This document shows, piece by piece, positions 11,533-25,879 of a stretch of DNA of 64,000 nt. The translations under genes and the position numbers were made by a program. Location: contig NC_082731.1 of the NCBI RefSeq assembly GCF_030144855.1, forward strand, positions 20,708,001-20,772,000, given 5' to 3'. The notes beneath the pieces were generated by a model that worked only from the letters and a program-made list of their open reading frames with translations, did no database searches and was not told where the DNA came from. Source of the stretch: Hypanus sabinus (taxonomy: Eukaryota). Position 1 is the first letter of the stretch; the number at the start of each line of letters is the position of its first letter.

Positions 11533-14500
11533 TATCATGGTCCCTTTTGGCAATTCCCCATGACCCTTTTAATTGGGCCCTAACCCCTTGCTTGATTTCC
11601 AGTCGTTCGCAGTTCAGCAATTACACACACCTGCTTCCCATCAATGATTACAGTATTATAACCCTGGAATCACAACAAGGATCTACCAGTTCCTTCGTCA
11701 ACTTGGATGAGTAATTTGCTGGTTATTTAGGACTGTCAGTTTAAGTTCTGCATCGTCTTCTGGATTCTCCTCGTGAACTTTGTCTCTGTGTAAAGACTCT
11801 CAGAGCTACCGACTCATCGTTCGCAGTGTTGCTAACGCCTAACGTCTCTGCCTCAGCGGCTGTGTCCCGCACCTAGGTTCGTCCCCAGCCAGTCCATGCG
11901 ACAGAACGAACTGGCCAAGGATAAACCCAGCGGACATTTACCCCGATAGGCAGGCGCTCGCCGGCCAGGGCTACTTACTGGGCGCCCACGACCAAATGCT
12001 CAGGGAGGTCACGGAAAACATTAGTACGCTGTCGACGAATGTAAGGGAGGTCAGTGAACAAGTGGTCCGGCTATCCGATTTCTTTACTCCCTTCCCTCCA
12101 AAAACCCCGACTGCCTAATCCGCACAGCCAAGGACGGCTTCGCCCCTGGGATCATCCACACAATCCTCTCTGGAGCCGTACGTACCCGAATCTGATTCCT
12201 ACGCTGGCGACCTATGGAGCTGAAGTGTTTTCTTATTACAATGCTGCTTGCTTTTTAAGGTACATCTACGTGCGTACATTTCGGATAGATATAAAATCAT
12301 TTACAACATGGGGCTGTTAAGAGGGGATGCCTTGGCATGGGCCACCGCGATATGGGATAACCGACCAGAGAGTTGCTCCTCCTTTCCCTCATGCGTCTCT
12401 GAAATGAGAAAGGTCTTCGAACAGCCCAGTCCCGGTGAGGACGTCACAGGTCGCTTAATGACCGTTTGTCAGGTTTCGAACCTTAGCAGCCTACTCAGGA
12501 TGGAATGACGAGGCCCTACGGGAGGTGTTCCGACAGGGCCTCTCAGATAAGATAAAAGCTGAACTGTCAGCGAGGGACGACACTGGTCAGTCTGGCCTTT
12601 CTGATCTCTCTAGCCAATAGGCTAGATAATCGATTTCGAGAGCGTCCCAGAGAAAAGACCAGTCGCCCCGCCCACGTCCCTCCTTGCCATCTTCTACCAG
12701 CACTAAACTCTCTCTGCCTTCTGTTCCTCGCAGAACTCAATCTCCTGCTATTCTGGTGAGTCAGGCGACACTCCGTTCTGTTCCCCAAACTTTGATGCAG
12801 ATCCCGGCTATAGTGAATTATCAATAACAGTCACGGTCCTTATCCGCCTTGGTGGATGCTGGTGCCGAGGGCAATCTGCTGAACGAAGACAGAGCCACCC
12901 AATGCGGAATAACTCGTGAGCCGCTAATCTCCACTCTGGAGGCCCGGGCACTGGACGGAAAACTGCTGGCTTGGGTTATCCATTATACGCCGCCCCTAAC
13001 ATTTCTCTCTGTAAACCATTGGTAGGAGTTACGGTTCAATCTCATCCATGCTCCTCAAGCCCCTGTAGTTCTAGGATACACATGGCTGAAACCCCACAAT
13101 CACCACATCGACTGGTCTACTAGGAAGATAGACAGCTGGAGCCCTTTTCCCATGCCAACTCACTGCGGTCGGCCCCATCTCCCAGGAGACTACCGCCACT
13201 CCGACTGTCGTGGAACCTCTCGACTTGTCCAGAGTCCCAGCAGATTACCATGACCTGGGACAGGCATTCAGAACAATGGGCTATTTTCCTGCCTCCGCAC
13301 CGCCCGTACGTTTGTGCCATCGACCTTTTCCTTGGGGCCTCACTACCCACCAGTCGTCTTTATCATCTATCCCGACCGGCGATAGAGGCCATGGAAGAAA
13401 AAACATTAAAGTGCCCATCGATCTTCATCCTTCCCGGTAGGAACTGAGGGACTTTACTAATCGCTTGGAATTCGTTTACCTTGATTATATCTTGATATTT
13501 TCTAGCAGTCCTCAGGAACACATTTGCCATGTCCGTCTCGTCCTTCAGAGACTGTGGGAAAACCAATGATTTCTGAAGGCCGAAAAATGCGAGTTCCACG
13601 ATCCTTCGGTCAGCTTAATGGGTTATATCATTTAGAATGGGCGGGTGAAGGCTGATCCGGAGAAGATCCGGGCGGTGGAAGAATGGCCTAGGCCCAGGAC
13701 TAGCCTGCAAATACAGCGTTCCATTGGGTTTGCGAACTTCTACCGCTGATTTATCAGGGTCTACAGTCGAGTGGCGGCCACCTTTACCCAGTTTACCTCA
13801 CCTAATACCCTCTTTTTTGTTGCGACTCCAAAGCTGACTCGGCATCCACTGGCCTGAACAGGCGGTTCACAACCGCTCCCATCCTGGTCCATCCGGAACC
13901 TTCCGGCCAATTAATTGTTGAGGTGGACGCCTCTGGTTCCGGGATAGGAGCAATCCTGTCCCAATGATCAAGTTCGGACGAAAAGCTTCGCCGCCGTGCC
14001 TTCTTTCCTCTCCGACTGTCCCTCGCCGAGCGGAAATACGACGTTGGGAATCTGGTACTACTGGCGTTCAAACTAGTAGTGGAAGAATGGAGGCACTGGC
14101 TGGAAGGGGCGGAATACCAGCTTGAGTGTGGACTGATCATAAGAACCTGCTTTATATTCATACCGCCAATCTTTGATCGCCTGTCAGGCCCGTTGGGCAT
14201 TATTCTTGGAATATTCAAATTTTCCCTCATCTACCGTCCAGGGTCCAAGAACGTGAAGACGGACGCGCTCTCCCGCCTATACGTCTCCAAGGAGGACACT
14301 TCCAGTCAAGAGACTATCCTCCCGCATCCTGCGTGTTGGCAACCCTCACTTGGGATATCGAGTCCAAAATAAAGGAAGCCCAACGGGACTACCCTGAACA
14401 CTGCAATGGACCCGGCGATCGCTTGCATGTGCCCGATTCTGTCAGATCCCAGGTTCTCCAGTGGAGGCACACATCTGGAGTCGCCTGTCACCCGCGGAGT

Positions 14501-16047
14501 GATCGGATCCTGTCTCCCCTGGAAAGACAATTTTGGTGGCCTTCCATGGAGGCGGGTACCCATTCTACGTCCAGGTATGATCTATCTATGCCCGTGGAAA
14601 ACCCTCTCATCGGCCACTTGTGAGGTTACATCGTCCTCTACCTGTCCCAGGTCGTCCCTGGTCGCACATCGCCCTAGACTTGTCACCGTTCTACCCCCTC
14701 CTTGGGGAAACACAACTGTCCTCACCGTGGCAGTTTCGGATCTCCAAGGCGATGCACTTTGTAGCACTCTCTACACTTCCTTCCGCTCAGGAAACCGCAG
14801 AGCTTCCTGACCGCCACGTCTTCAGACTCCACTGAATCCTCGCGGACATCGCCTCCGATCGAGATTCGTCTCGCAGGTATGGAGTGCCTTTTGTCAAGCC
14901 TTGGGCGCATCGATCAGCCTGTCATCCGGCTTTCATCTCCAGTCGAACGGACAGACGGAACGGGTCAATCAGGACTTGGAGGCGACGCTGTGTTGTGTAA
15001 CGGCATGAAACCCCGTCTTCCTGGAGCGACCACCTCCCGTGGGTTGAATACGCCCACAACTCTCTGGTGAGTTTTACCATTGGAAGGTTTTCCCATTCGA
15101 GTGCTCCCTTTGGTACTAACTCCCGCCGTTCCCCGCTCAAGAGGAGAAGATTACTGTACTGTCTGTTCAGGGCTATATCGATTGATGCCTTAAGGTTTGA
15201 GAGGAGACACGCACGACCCTACTCAATCAAGAGATCGCAATAAGAAGACCGTCGACTGACACCGGACTCCGGTGCATGAGTGCCGACCTGGGCAGACGGT
15301 GCGGCTTTCGTCCAAGGAGACCCACACACACAAGCCTAGGAAACACTCTTGTCTCTTCCTGGGAGCATTCAAGGTAGAATGGGTCATCAATCACACATCA
15401 GTCCGGCTAAAACTCCCAAGCTTTATGCCGCAACCACCTTACCTTTCATGTTTCCCAATTCAAGCCAGTGTCCATCAGCCCCTTATGCCCTCCAACTGAA
15501 ACTCCCCCAGCTGCCCGTATAATCGACAACCATCCGGTATATACCGCCCAACGACTACTGGATGTGCGCCGTCGGGGCCGGGGTTTCCAATGCATGTTAG
15601 ACTGGGGAAGGGTGCTGTACAGAAAAGAGTTCCTGGGTTCCCCGCTCCTTCAACCTGGATCCCTCTCATCCAAGCCTTCCATCAGGGCCATCCGGACAAG
15701 CTTGGAAGATTGCTTAGAGGCTCCCGTTGGGAGGGGGGTTGTTCTACTGTCATGGTCCCGTATGGCAATTCCCCATTACATCTTTAATTGGGCCCTAACC
15801 CCTTTGCCTGATTAGAACCCTGTAATAACAACATGGAACCGCCAGTTCATTGGTCAACTCTTGTATGATTAACCTCGTTTCATGGTAACTCAATTCTAAG
15901 TTCTAGATCGTTTCCTGGATTTTCTAGGTAAACCTTGACTATCTATAAAGACTCTCCGAGATACCGGCTCTCTGTTCGCTTTACGACTCTGCCTCAGGGC
16001 CTGCGTCCCGCACCTGGCTTCGTTCCTCCAGCCACGTCCTTGCGACA
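11533..16047 (+). mobile_element. Two-LTR, defective Ty3/Gypsy chromovirus-type retrotransposon
   Basis: 5' LTR 11533-11903 and 3' LTR 15748-16047 (TGTCATGG...GCGACA), a purine tract before the 3' LTR, and a perfect 5-bp TSD GGATT. Decayed gag (WATAIWD), protease (ALVDAGAEGN), RT (YLDY for YLDD, internally deleted), RNase H ([20 protein letters not shown]), integrase ([11 protein letters not shown]) and chromodomain ([17 protein letters not shown]). Confidence 0.93.
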
Positions 16048-16222
16048 GGATTCAATTAAAGCGGATTCTGATTCGTGCTCACATAGACTCGGTTGTCTTT
16101 TATCTACCTTCGTTGAGCAGGGCATCTTGCCAGAATACTTTTGACACGATTTTACTCTCTAATATCTGTTATGGTGATAAATTATTGGAAGTAATTTGCA
16201 GCACTATCGAGGCTGAGAATAC

Positions 16223-16739
16223 ATGTCCCTTTGTTTCTTATTGAATACATTCGCCGTCCTATCGAGGCTCGGAGATCGTGTACTTCAGTTTCTTATTGAT
16301 TACATTCGGCATCGTGACAGGTATGACGCTGCACACTTGACCAGCGAGTGCCACGTTAGTTCAGTGCAAGTTAGGAATATTACAGCATTTTGGCCTTTAT
16401 TGCAAGAATGAAAGAGTAAAATTGAGTGATCTAGGATGCTCCTAAATTAACGGCTGACGAACGTCAGACCTTAACACTGAAATGTAGTTATACACGAAAT
16501 GAGACAAGCATGTTTGATACACTTAGCAGCGCAGAAGTCTCCTAAACAACTGCTGAAGGTGTATGGTTCAGGAAAATTGCAGCGGCCTGAGAATGCCTGG
16601 CAACTTTTACAGCTGAGATGCACAAACGGAGAGTCAGCTTATTTAAATATTTATTGAATTCTTGTACCGGACTCTGGCGTGTACCACAGTGCAACTGACC
16701 TCTCAGTATTGCAGGGAACAACGAGTCCGGACAAAATCC
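16223..16739 (+). pseudogene. TCR V pseudogene, family C
   Basis: Leader-like MSLCFLLNTFAVLS with a local tandem duplication, ITLKCSYT, DSGVYHSA (Cys104>Ser), and nonamer ACAAAATCC at 16731-16739. Confidence 0.8.
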
Positions 16740-17644
16740 AGCGATGCCTGATCACGAGACGGAGCCTTTTGCCTGAAAACTGGAACAGTAGTATCACAAA
16801 GCATGAGGTCGATTGAAACGCTGCACTCAGCAGGAAAATGCCACCAGACCTGTGGAACACTTCTTGAATTTAACTTATCTAGATATTTTGAGGCAGCCTT
16901 CCGAAACATTTCCATTACATCTCCATGTCCATGTCTCTCTGTTGCCAGCAACATCACTTTGTGGTTATTTTTGGCTTTGCTGGCCTTCATTTTACACCAC
17001 CCCTCAATGTTGAAGATGAGTGTAAACTGGAGATACTGAGGTTGCATATGGCTGGACAGCATCGGGGAGGTTTCTCACTAAATGTTCTGTTGATGATATA
17101 TTTCAGGTGGAGTCTTTTGACATTAGCTTCCTAACAGTTGATATAAATCGATATTTATTTTTCGAACACAAAATTAATACCGTGTGAACTGGCATTGGAA
17201 TAATGTGCATTCCCATAACAACTAGCGACAGCTACATGGATGATTTTAAAAAAATCGAAAATTGGAATACAGAAGCAGACAGTCAGGAATTGACTGACTG
17301 AACGACGGAAATATAGTACAGTACCGAAGAGGGAACAAAGAAGGAGATGCTTTGCCTAAAATGAAGTGTTAATCAAAGTAGAACGAAGAAGACAGTGGTG
17401 AGATTGACAAACACAATATAATTGTAGTGTATGATAACTGACCAGAGAGTGTAGTACTTCCATTCAGATCGGTGGCTCAATAGTCTGAGCTCTGACTTTG
17501 CCGGCTCAACACCCTTTAGCAGAGCAATTTCTGCGGGCATTTCACAAAGCGAAAGGTGTAGCGTATCTTATATCATTCTCGAAAATCGGTGATATTAGTT
17601 TCTTGGATGTTATCAGTCTTTAGTTCGCGCGCGAACGCAGACAC

Positions 17645-17930
17645 TATATTCTTCCTTGATCCTTTCTGATTATCTGGTCTGTGCTGCCTGGCGAATCTTT
17701 GTGCAGATAGTCAGTGGGTATCTCGCGGGTGCCATGTGAGCACTTGACGTTCAGTCATTTTGTTCATCTTTTGTAGAATGGTGTGGGAAAGATCTGCCTC
17801 TCTGCATCGACGATTAAAGGAAGACGAATCATATTACTGAACTTCAGTTACATATCCGCAAGTGCCTGTATATTCGACGGGTCTTTTTAGTTTTCGCGAA
17901 CAAGGAACATTCATTTTGGAACGAAGAAAA
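17645..17930 (+). pseudogene. Truncated TCR V relic, family E
   Basis: Paralogous to 5417-5700; start codon lost. Confidence 0.55.
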
Positions 17931-19558
17931 TGAGGGTAACTTAATAGCTGTGTATAATATGTCGAGGCATAGATGAAGTGGATAAACAACGCTTTGCACT
18001 AAGGGTGGAACTGGTTAATAGGAGTGTATGATATTTTAATGGGATTACAACAAGTTACAAGGGGAATACCAATGTGAGTTTTTTTTTCTTAAACGAACAG
18101 AATTCTGGCTCCACAGAGTGTGCTGTCAGTAGTCCATAGTCGTAGATAGCAGGTTGGCTCCCTAACTGCAAATAAATATTAGGAAATAACGAGATGAACT
18201 CTTGCTGATATTGACTGGAGAAATACTGAAAGAAAGAGACTTAAATGTCTATTTTGGAATATACAGTGGCATGCAAAAGTGGGCACCCGGGTCAAAATTT
18301 CTGTTACTGTGAATAGTCAAGTGAATAAAAGATCAACTGATCTCCAAAAGTCATAAAGTTAAAGATTAAATATTGTTTTCAACATTTTAAACAAGACCAG
18401 TGTATTATTTTTATTTTGTATAATCTTAGAGTGAAAAAAAGAAAGGAGCACCATGCAAACGTTTGGGCAGCCAAAGAGATTTGGGCTCTCAGATTACTTT
18501 TTGCCAAGGTCCCAGACATTAGTTAGCTTATTAGGTCTACGGCTTATTCAGAGTCATCTTTAGGAAAATTCAGGTGATGTAAGTTTCAAAGCTTCATAAG
18601 TTACTTGTCTCCTGAAACCTTTTCCCAACAATCAGCAGCCATGGGCTCCTATAAGGAGCTACCGAGCACCCTGAACATTAAAATAAATGATGCACACAAA
18701 GCAGAAGGCTGTAAGAGGGTTGCAAAGCGTTTCCAAGCGGCCGTTTCCTCAGTCCGTAATGTAATTAAGAAATGTCAGTTAACAGGAACGATGGAGGTCA
18801 AGTTGATGTCTGGAAGACCAAGAAAACTTTCCAAGAGAACTGGTCATAGGATTGCTAGAGAGGCAAATCAGAAACCCTGTTTGACTGCAAAAAAAGAACA
18901 ACAAAATAAACTTCAACAAGATTTAGCAGACTCTGGAATGGTGGCACACTGCTGTTAAGTGCAGCAACACCTGCACAAATATAACCTTTTGTGGTAGAGT
19001 TATCAGATGAATACCTTTCCTGCGTCTTCACCACAAAATTCAGCGTCAGAAGTTTGCAAAGTAACATCTAAATAAGCCGGATGCATTCTGAAAACAAGTC
19101 TTGTGGACTGATGAAGTTAAAACAGAACTTTTTGGCCCAAATGAGCAAATGTATGCTTGGAGTAAAAAAGGTGCAAAATTACATGAAAAAAAAAACAACT
19201 CTCCAACAGTTAAGCACGGGTGGAATCGATCATCCTTTGTGCTTGTATTGCAGCTAGAGGCACGGGGAACATTTCACCGGTAGAGAGAAGAAAGAATTCA
19301 AATAAATACCAGCAAATTCTGAAAGGAAACATCACACCGTCTGTAAAAAAGCTGAAGATGAAAAGAGGATGACTTCTACAACAGGATAATGATCCTAAAC
19401 ACACCTCAAAATCCACAATGGAGTAGCTCAACAGGGGCAGGCTGAAGGTTTTGCAATGACATTCACAGTCCCCCGACCTAAACATATTCTGCGGGTAGAC
19501 CTCAAAAGACCAGTGCATTCAAATCTGCCGAAGTATCTCTCAGAACTAGAAGACTGTT

Positions 19559-20740
19559 TGTCATGGTCCGGTCCGTGGACTGCTCATTCAATTCCTGTTC
19601 CCCTTGTTGCGTTGGGCGCCTTGATTATAGCACCTGATCTTCATTTCGGTCCGGCAACATAAAACGCTCCGTGTTACAGCTCCTCATTTGCTTGTCCATC
19701 ACCATAAGAACGTCATCGGAAACCAGTCATCTCACAGTAGCCACAGCGGCTATGCAGGGACCGCCGAGATTCGTGGACTCTAATTGCTTTGGTGACTGTG
19801 GCTGCTTAGCGATTTCAGTCGTTTTCGTGTCCAGCTGAGTTGCTGGATGTTTTCCGCTACTTCGAGTAAGGTACGAATCTATTACTATCTTTCCTTTCAG
19901 TTACTCCTGACAAAGGGTCTCGGCCCGAAACGTCGACAGTGCTTCTACCTACAGATTCTGCCTGGCCTGCTGCGTTCCACCAGCATTTTGGGTGTGTTGC
20001 TTGAATTTCAAGCATCTGCAGATTTCTTCCTGTTTGCTTTTGAATGTACGAATTCTGTCGTTTTCGTAGCCGGCTGAGACTTGCTCGCCGTTTGCTGCCA
20101 GTCCGAGAAAAGACATGAATGGACTGTCGTTGTGAGGGTTTGTCTCCCCGTTTTCCAATCCTTCCAACTGTGTGAGTCTGGCCGTTTGCCGCTACTCCAA
20201 GTTGAGTATTCTGTCTTTTCGTGGTCCAAGTCCAGTCCAAGTCCAAGCTCACGGTCCGCGTTCCGAGTCCAAATCAAGGTCCAAGTCCAGATCTATGTTT
20301 CGAATCCAAGCCAAGATCCATGTTCGGAGTCCTAGTCAAGATCCAATTTCCGAGTCCAAGCCGAGGAGAAGATTCAAGATCCGAGTCCAAGAAAAAATCC
20401 AATTTCCGAGATCAAACCAAGATCCAAGTTCCGAGTCCTTGCCAAGATCAACGTTCCGAATCAAAGTCAAAGAGTCGAGACCCAAGTTCTGAGTCTAAGC
20501 CCAGGTGCAAGTTCCGAGACCACCTACGGTCCAGGTTCCTAGTCCAAGTAGAGTCCAAGAATTCCTAATCTAAGACCTATCCAGATTTTACCGGTCTGTT
20601 ATCCAACTTTTACGTCCATTTTGACATTTTGTCCTCTCTCCCTGGCCTTCCCAGTAACTATCAATAAACATTGTTTTGTTTATACTACGTCTCTGTCTGT
20701 GTTCCGCAGTTTTGTCCGCTTCCAACGCACCCTTGTAACA
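19559..20740 (+). mobile_element. Solo LTR nested in the Tc1
   Basis: TGTCATGG...TGTAACA termini, AATAAA near the 3' end, internal degenerate CCAAG/GAGTCC repeats. Flanks CTGTT and CTTGT are an imperfect TSD, and the Tc1 sequence resumes after it. Confidence 0.78.
19879..20045 (+). mobile_element. Penelope-like terminal fragment nested in the solo LTR
   Basis: CTGACAA-AGGGTCTCGGCCC-GAAAC-GTC-GACA at 19907-19938, with the same downstream tail as at 45720-45820. Flanked by a GTACGAAT direct repeat (19871 and 20046). Confidence 0.65.
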
Positions 20741-21503
20741 CTTGTGCAAGGAAGAATGGGCGAAAATCCCCCAAGCACGAACTAAAAGATTCTTAGCTGG
20801 CTGCAGAAAGCGTTTACAAGCTGTGATACTTGCCAAAGGGCGTGTTTCTAAATACTGACAAGGCAGGGTGCCCAAACTTTTGCTTCGTGCCCTTTCCCAC
20901 TTCTGTTATTTTGAAACTGTAAAAGATGGATTAAAAAAAAAGTAATCTTGCTTAAGGTATTAACGAAATGTGTCATCTTTAACTTTATGCCTTTTGGAAA
21001 TCGCTTAGCTATTCACAGTAACAGATGGTTTGACCAGGGATGCCCAAACTTTTGTATGCCACTGTATCTCCAAACAATTAAATAAAAAACAAATAAATAA
21101 ACACACTACTTCCAGTGGAATACTGCGATGTGAAGAAGTCTTAACTGCGTTAGGTTACACATCGAAAAGTATGTGAACGTGCAGTGATAACGCAGAGTAC
21201 AGGGGAGCAGAGGCAGTAGGGCACAATGAGAAAGAGAGTGAGAGAGAGAGAGAGGAACGCGGAGCAGTGACGGTGCGATAAAGTAGGCAGAATGACGAAT
21301 GGAAACAAAGCAGATTCTGATTGGTCTTCAGAAGGGCCGGCTTCTTTAATCCTTTAACCCAGGGGCACGCAGCGCATTCCACCCCACCCCGGTCTTACAG
21401 AAAATGAAATGTATCGGTGAAATGATTTCACAATATCTGTTAAGTGATAATTAGCTCCAGGAAAAAAAAATCTGCCTTTCGATCCACCCGGAAATTAGAC
21501 ACC

Positions 21504-21936
21504 ATATTTTCCCTCTATTCATTGCTGATTGCATTGGCTGTACTGTCTGGTGAGTCTCTGCAAAAGTTTACTAGAGGATTTCTCCTGCGTTCAATACAAG
21601 TCAGGGATTTTGACGTATTCTGTCCTTCTTTTGCAGGAACGAGTGGGAAAGATTCAGTGGCGCAGGATCTTCCCGATGTAACGACAGAGGAAGGAAAGAA
21701 CATAACACTGAAGTGCAACTACAGTTACGCTGGTGCAAATACAGTTTGGAATAACAACATAGTGGACAGCCTCCAAATTATCTGCTGACGATATATGCCA
21801 CAGGTGGAATTCTACTGCAACCAGATTGCCCTTTGCGTTTTATCGGTAGTTTGCAGAAAAGCAGCAAGACGGCGCAACTGGATATTCTTCAGGCTCTCGT
21901 ATCGGACTCCAGCATGTATCTCTGTACAATAGGTAT
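21504..21936 (+). pseudogene. TCR V pseudogene, family A (A2)
   Basis: Start codon ATG>ATA, intron 21550-21636, DSVAQDLPDVTTEEGKNITLKCNYSY, a frameshift after Trp41, DSSMYLCT, and a degenerate heptamer. TCACTGGAAGGCGG at 22009-22022. Confidence 0.9.
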
Positions 21937-23189
21937 CAAAAGTTGTATGGAGCCTGCGGGTCCGGAAAAAGAAAAAAAAAGACTGGTCCTGTGTGATGCA
22001 AAGAGAACTCACTGGAAGGCGGCATTTTGCGGCAAATCTGGAAAGTGCGCACTCAGAAATCAGCGATAATCACCTGCCGACTTAAGAGCGCTGCAATCAG
22101 CAGCGCGAGGCGCCAAAGTTAAAGGAAGAACGTCTGATTACAAGGCGCATCCAAACTGGAAACTTACAATGCATTTCCGGGATAATACAATTGGCATTCA
22201 CCCACCTTCTTTTGCTGTAAGGGCAAATTGTGTATGACAGCCTTGACTGATATTGTCTTTGGGGACTCTATTCATGTGTTGGCAAGGAGTAAATAATAAG
22301 GACTTTGTGGAACCGGGATATCTTTAAACGGGGCAGTGATGACCAAAGGAAAACAGAGTCTGGGAATATTGCTACTTTTCGGATGGATAAAGAATTGCAA
22401 GTGGCTTTCCACTGAAGTTTAGGATATTACAATAATAACTTTTAATATATACTGATTATTTAGATCATCGGAAATTTTGGTCGTTGCATTCCCGTGCTGT
22501 GAGAAAAAGGTTGAATTGTCAAAGTAACTTTATGATTGCGGTAAATATACGTGACCACATACTACCACGAGATTCATATTTTTGCAGTCATTTTCAGTAT
22601 AAAAGAGGGTGATATAGGAATGGAGGTAATGGGATAACAGCAGAGTGATAGCTTGAATAGTCTGGTTTCCTAACCAGATTTAACGGATCCGCTGTTTCTG
22701 TCGCGTGGAACATTTGGTTTGATACCTAAATTGCCAACAGAATCTGTTTGTTATTGTCGCAAGATTGCATTGATTCAGTTTATGCAGATGAATTCACTAC
22801 ACAGTTTCTCGAGGAAGTACAAAGGGAAACACTAAATTAATGCAGACATAAAGTGTTATGCGGTAAAACAAAAATGCAACACCGGTGAAAATATACAGCA
22901 AGAACCGACTCAGGGGGATTAGATTAAGAATCAATTTCACACTACTTTTCAATAGTCTACTAATACAACAGATGGTATCTTCGATGATTTGGTTAATGCC
23001 GAAGGACCGCTAACTGATAGCATTGGATTCCAAAGGTAACATATATTAGGACTTTTTTGAAACTTTCATTTTATTAATATGTTCACTCTCGCGAAATATC
23101 CCATTACTACGCTGTGTCATCTGAAATGGCGGAGCAGACATGATAGACCAAATGGCCTTATTAAGCTCGAATATCTTAGTGTACTATGG

Positions 23190-24110
23190 GAACCTTGCGT
23201 CGCGCCAGAACTTCAGGTAATAGGGCGAGTACCCAGTAGAGACCTTGCGTGCACAGTTGCAACAGTGAACCAGATGTTCAATATGTTGACTCCATCCACT
23301 CTTTTCGCTGATTTCCAGAGACGGAAGGATGTCTCGAAATATCAGATTAAATATCTTGCGCTGTGGTCGCCATGCGGACGATAGAGCGTGGTCCTCGATT
23401 TCTCAAATCCCAACATATCCATCAACTAATAGATGAGCTTACTTTCAAAGTCCCGTCCCTGGTCACTATGTATCAGCCAGGGAATGCCTGAGCATACCTT
23501 GTTAATGGTCCGTGACGGCTAAGGCATTCGCCGTGCTGCTGATATCTGGTTCTATGGCCAGGAAATCCATACGCACCAGATCCAGTGACCCCGCACTCGA
23601 CAAGTGCGATAAAGGAGGAGCCTGCACAGGCGGCGTCTTCCGGCATATTCAACGGAAGCAAGACTTGCAGCAGTCATCGACCTCTGACCTCATTCGGGGC
23701 CAATTAAGAAAATAAATGGCTGCCACTGCACTCCCGCTCCGATTCTTCTCCAAATTAAACCCGAATAAGGATTTCAGATCTTTGAAATCTTCCGCCCTTC
23801 CTGACGTCACACGCCTGCGCAGTCGCTCCTGTCTTAACTCCGAAGAGAAGGAAAACAAATCAAAATGCCTCCCGCCGCACTCCCGCACCGATTCTCCAAA
23901 TTCATTCCACGGAATGTACCGGCGGCGAAGAGTCCGGACTAAATTTTGCCCCCGGAATTTTGCATTGCTTTTTTTCCCAGGGATGCAATTGTTGTTCCAT
24001 GACTCAGTACGTGCCTGCGTCGAATCCACTTGAAAGTCTGTAATGTCAGCTGCAGTTACTGTGGTAGAGAAGGAGACATTTCGGACTATAGTGTTGTGTT
24101 TGGCCAAGAG
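23190..24110 (-). mobile_element. Ty3/Gypsy pol (integrase) fragment of a second family
   Basis: Minus strand: WPRMRSEVDDCCKSCFR (zinc-binding CxxC), LDLVRMDFLAIEP, TRYAQAFP, SRTTLYRPHGD, GYSPYY, with frameshifts. Confidence 0.82.
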
Positions 24111-25879
24111 TTTATAAGTGTGAATCTATGTTCATGATCTGCATTTGACCTCTTTATCTGCTCATATATAGCCAATACAATTAGAGGAACTGTATCCCAC
24201 GTTTCGCCTGGCGTGTTTACATCCCACCCACATGATAAATAAAATTTGTAATTATATGTATCATATCCCTTTTCTTTCTCTCATCGTTTTGACACGCCCA
24301 TTTCCCTCACATGCCTCCTCACTCTAAGCACCATCCAGCTGTCTGTCTCCATGATTCTTTAACCTACTCATCTGTCCCCACGAAGTCCACGTCCTCAGTC
24401 CCAGATCTCGTCCCGGAAATTGTGCCCCACGATCCAAGTATTTCCAGTGGCTCACCATCTCACCCACACTTTGTTTTACTCACTGCCTTCCTTTCGTATC
24501 TTATCTGCTAAGCACTTTGTTGACTCCATCTATCAACTTCATGCACACCCACCTTCTGCTGCATGTTCCATTCCATGTTCTTTCTCCTCCATTTTATAGC
24601 AGCAGCCGGAATACTCAATTCTGCTGAGCGCCAGTTAATCACCGCTTTATAAATTTGTAACATCGGTCACATATTCTCTACCAGAACAAATGAAGATATT
24701 GTTCTTCAGTCTTATCAGAGACGCTTTGTGTCAACTGCGCTGAGAAGGGAATCTGTTTCCTTGCTGTTGTCCTCACTTACCTTCTCAGTATTCACATTGA
24801 TTTAACACCAGCATTATCCATCCCTGTGGTCTCCATTACAGACTCAAATTCAGCAGACAAACAAACACAGCTCAAAAGACATTGAACATGCCGGATATTC
24901 TTGTGAACGAATATCCACTTCACCCTAAGAATAGAGCATGTGTTGTTTGGATTTCCCCTTCCGTTAAACAATGTTGCAAAAGCTCCCTACTCTGATTTGT
25001 AAGTATGCAAGACGTAGACACTGAATGCTAGAACAAGAAGCAATTGTGGCCGTGAACAGGACTAGTTCCACGTTAGCAATCAAAGGCGAGCAGAGAAACA
25101 CCAATCAAAGTCGATGTAGACTCCTCACTATTCTTCCTTTATATTTGAGAGAAGTTTGCAGATATCCCCAATCTTTTGAAGATGCAAACATACTCTCTGT
25201 GTTTTAAAGGAAATCACTGCCTCCGCAGCACTTCTTGAGAGAAGATTGTAAGAGGGCTTCCGTTGGTAGCTATTTCTTCATCTTACAATTTTATATTGCT
25301 ACTTATTTGTCTGGGGCCTTTTTCAACATCTACGAAAGGGGCTACGGAGAGCTGGATGGGAAAGATCTGACGAAAGGATACAGAATGCAGGAATTGGAAA
25401 GAGGATTTGACGTGACACAGAGAAACTGAGGGCGCCGATAGGATGAGGACATAGAGAGGCTGACGTAAGAGAGATGAAGTGAAACAATGAGAGACATCAG
25501 ACAGTGAAGGATATAGAAAAAAATCAGTAGAAAGCGGAAGCGAGAAAAATAAAGTGATAGCGGATGGAATGAGGTGGAAAGAGTAAACGGGAGAGCGACC
25601 GAGACAGAGAGAATGTAGGAGGGAAAGGAGAGATTCAATTTGCGTCAGTCCATTCTTATGACCTATAACACCTATTTTAGAAGTAAAATGCGCATATACT
25701 TTGAAACGAAAGCAACCAGTCTCCCAGAAAGTCTCTGGTAGTCCTTACTTGTATCAGTTGTCTTCCATCATAGTAATATCTTCAAATTAACATCCGTTTA
25801 ATTGACTTAATTTTCGTTGTTGCCGAATCAACTACACCATGGAGGTACTTTTTTAATTTAGTTGTATCAGGAACGAGTG

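Larger units (their letters stand above)
18264..21064 (+). mobile_element. Tc1/mariner transposon (defective)
   Basis: TA-flanked TIRs CAGTGGCATGCAAAAGT... and ...ACTTTTGTATGCCACTG, with inner repeats near 18450 and 20865. Transposase from ATG 18641 (GRPRKLS, WTDE, QDNDPKH, SPDLN) with frameshifts, split by a solo LTR. Confidence 0.93.

Noticed and set aside
16685-16739. Perfect CACAGTG inside a C pseudogene
   Set aside because: It arises from Cys104 TGT>AGT and is 39 nt from the nonamer, which is neither 12 nor 23 spacing.
25025-25207. Possible RTE RT fragment (PQSFEDANILSVF)
   Set aside because: A single short motif with undefinable boundaries.
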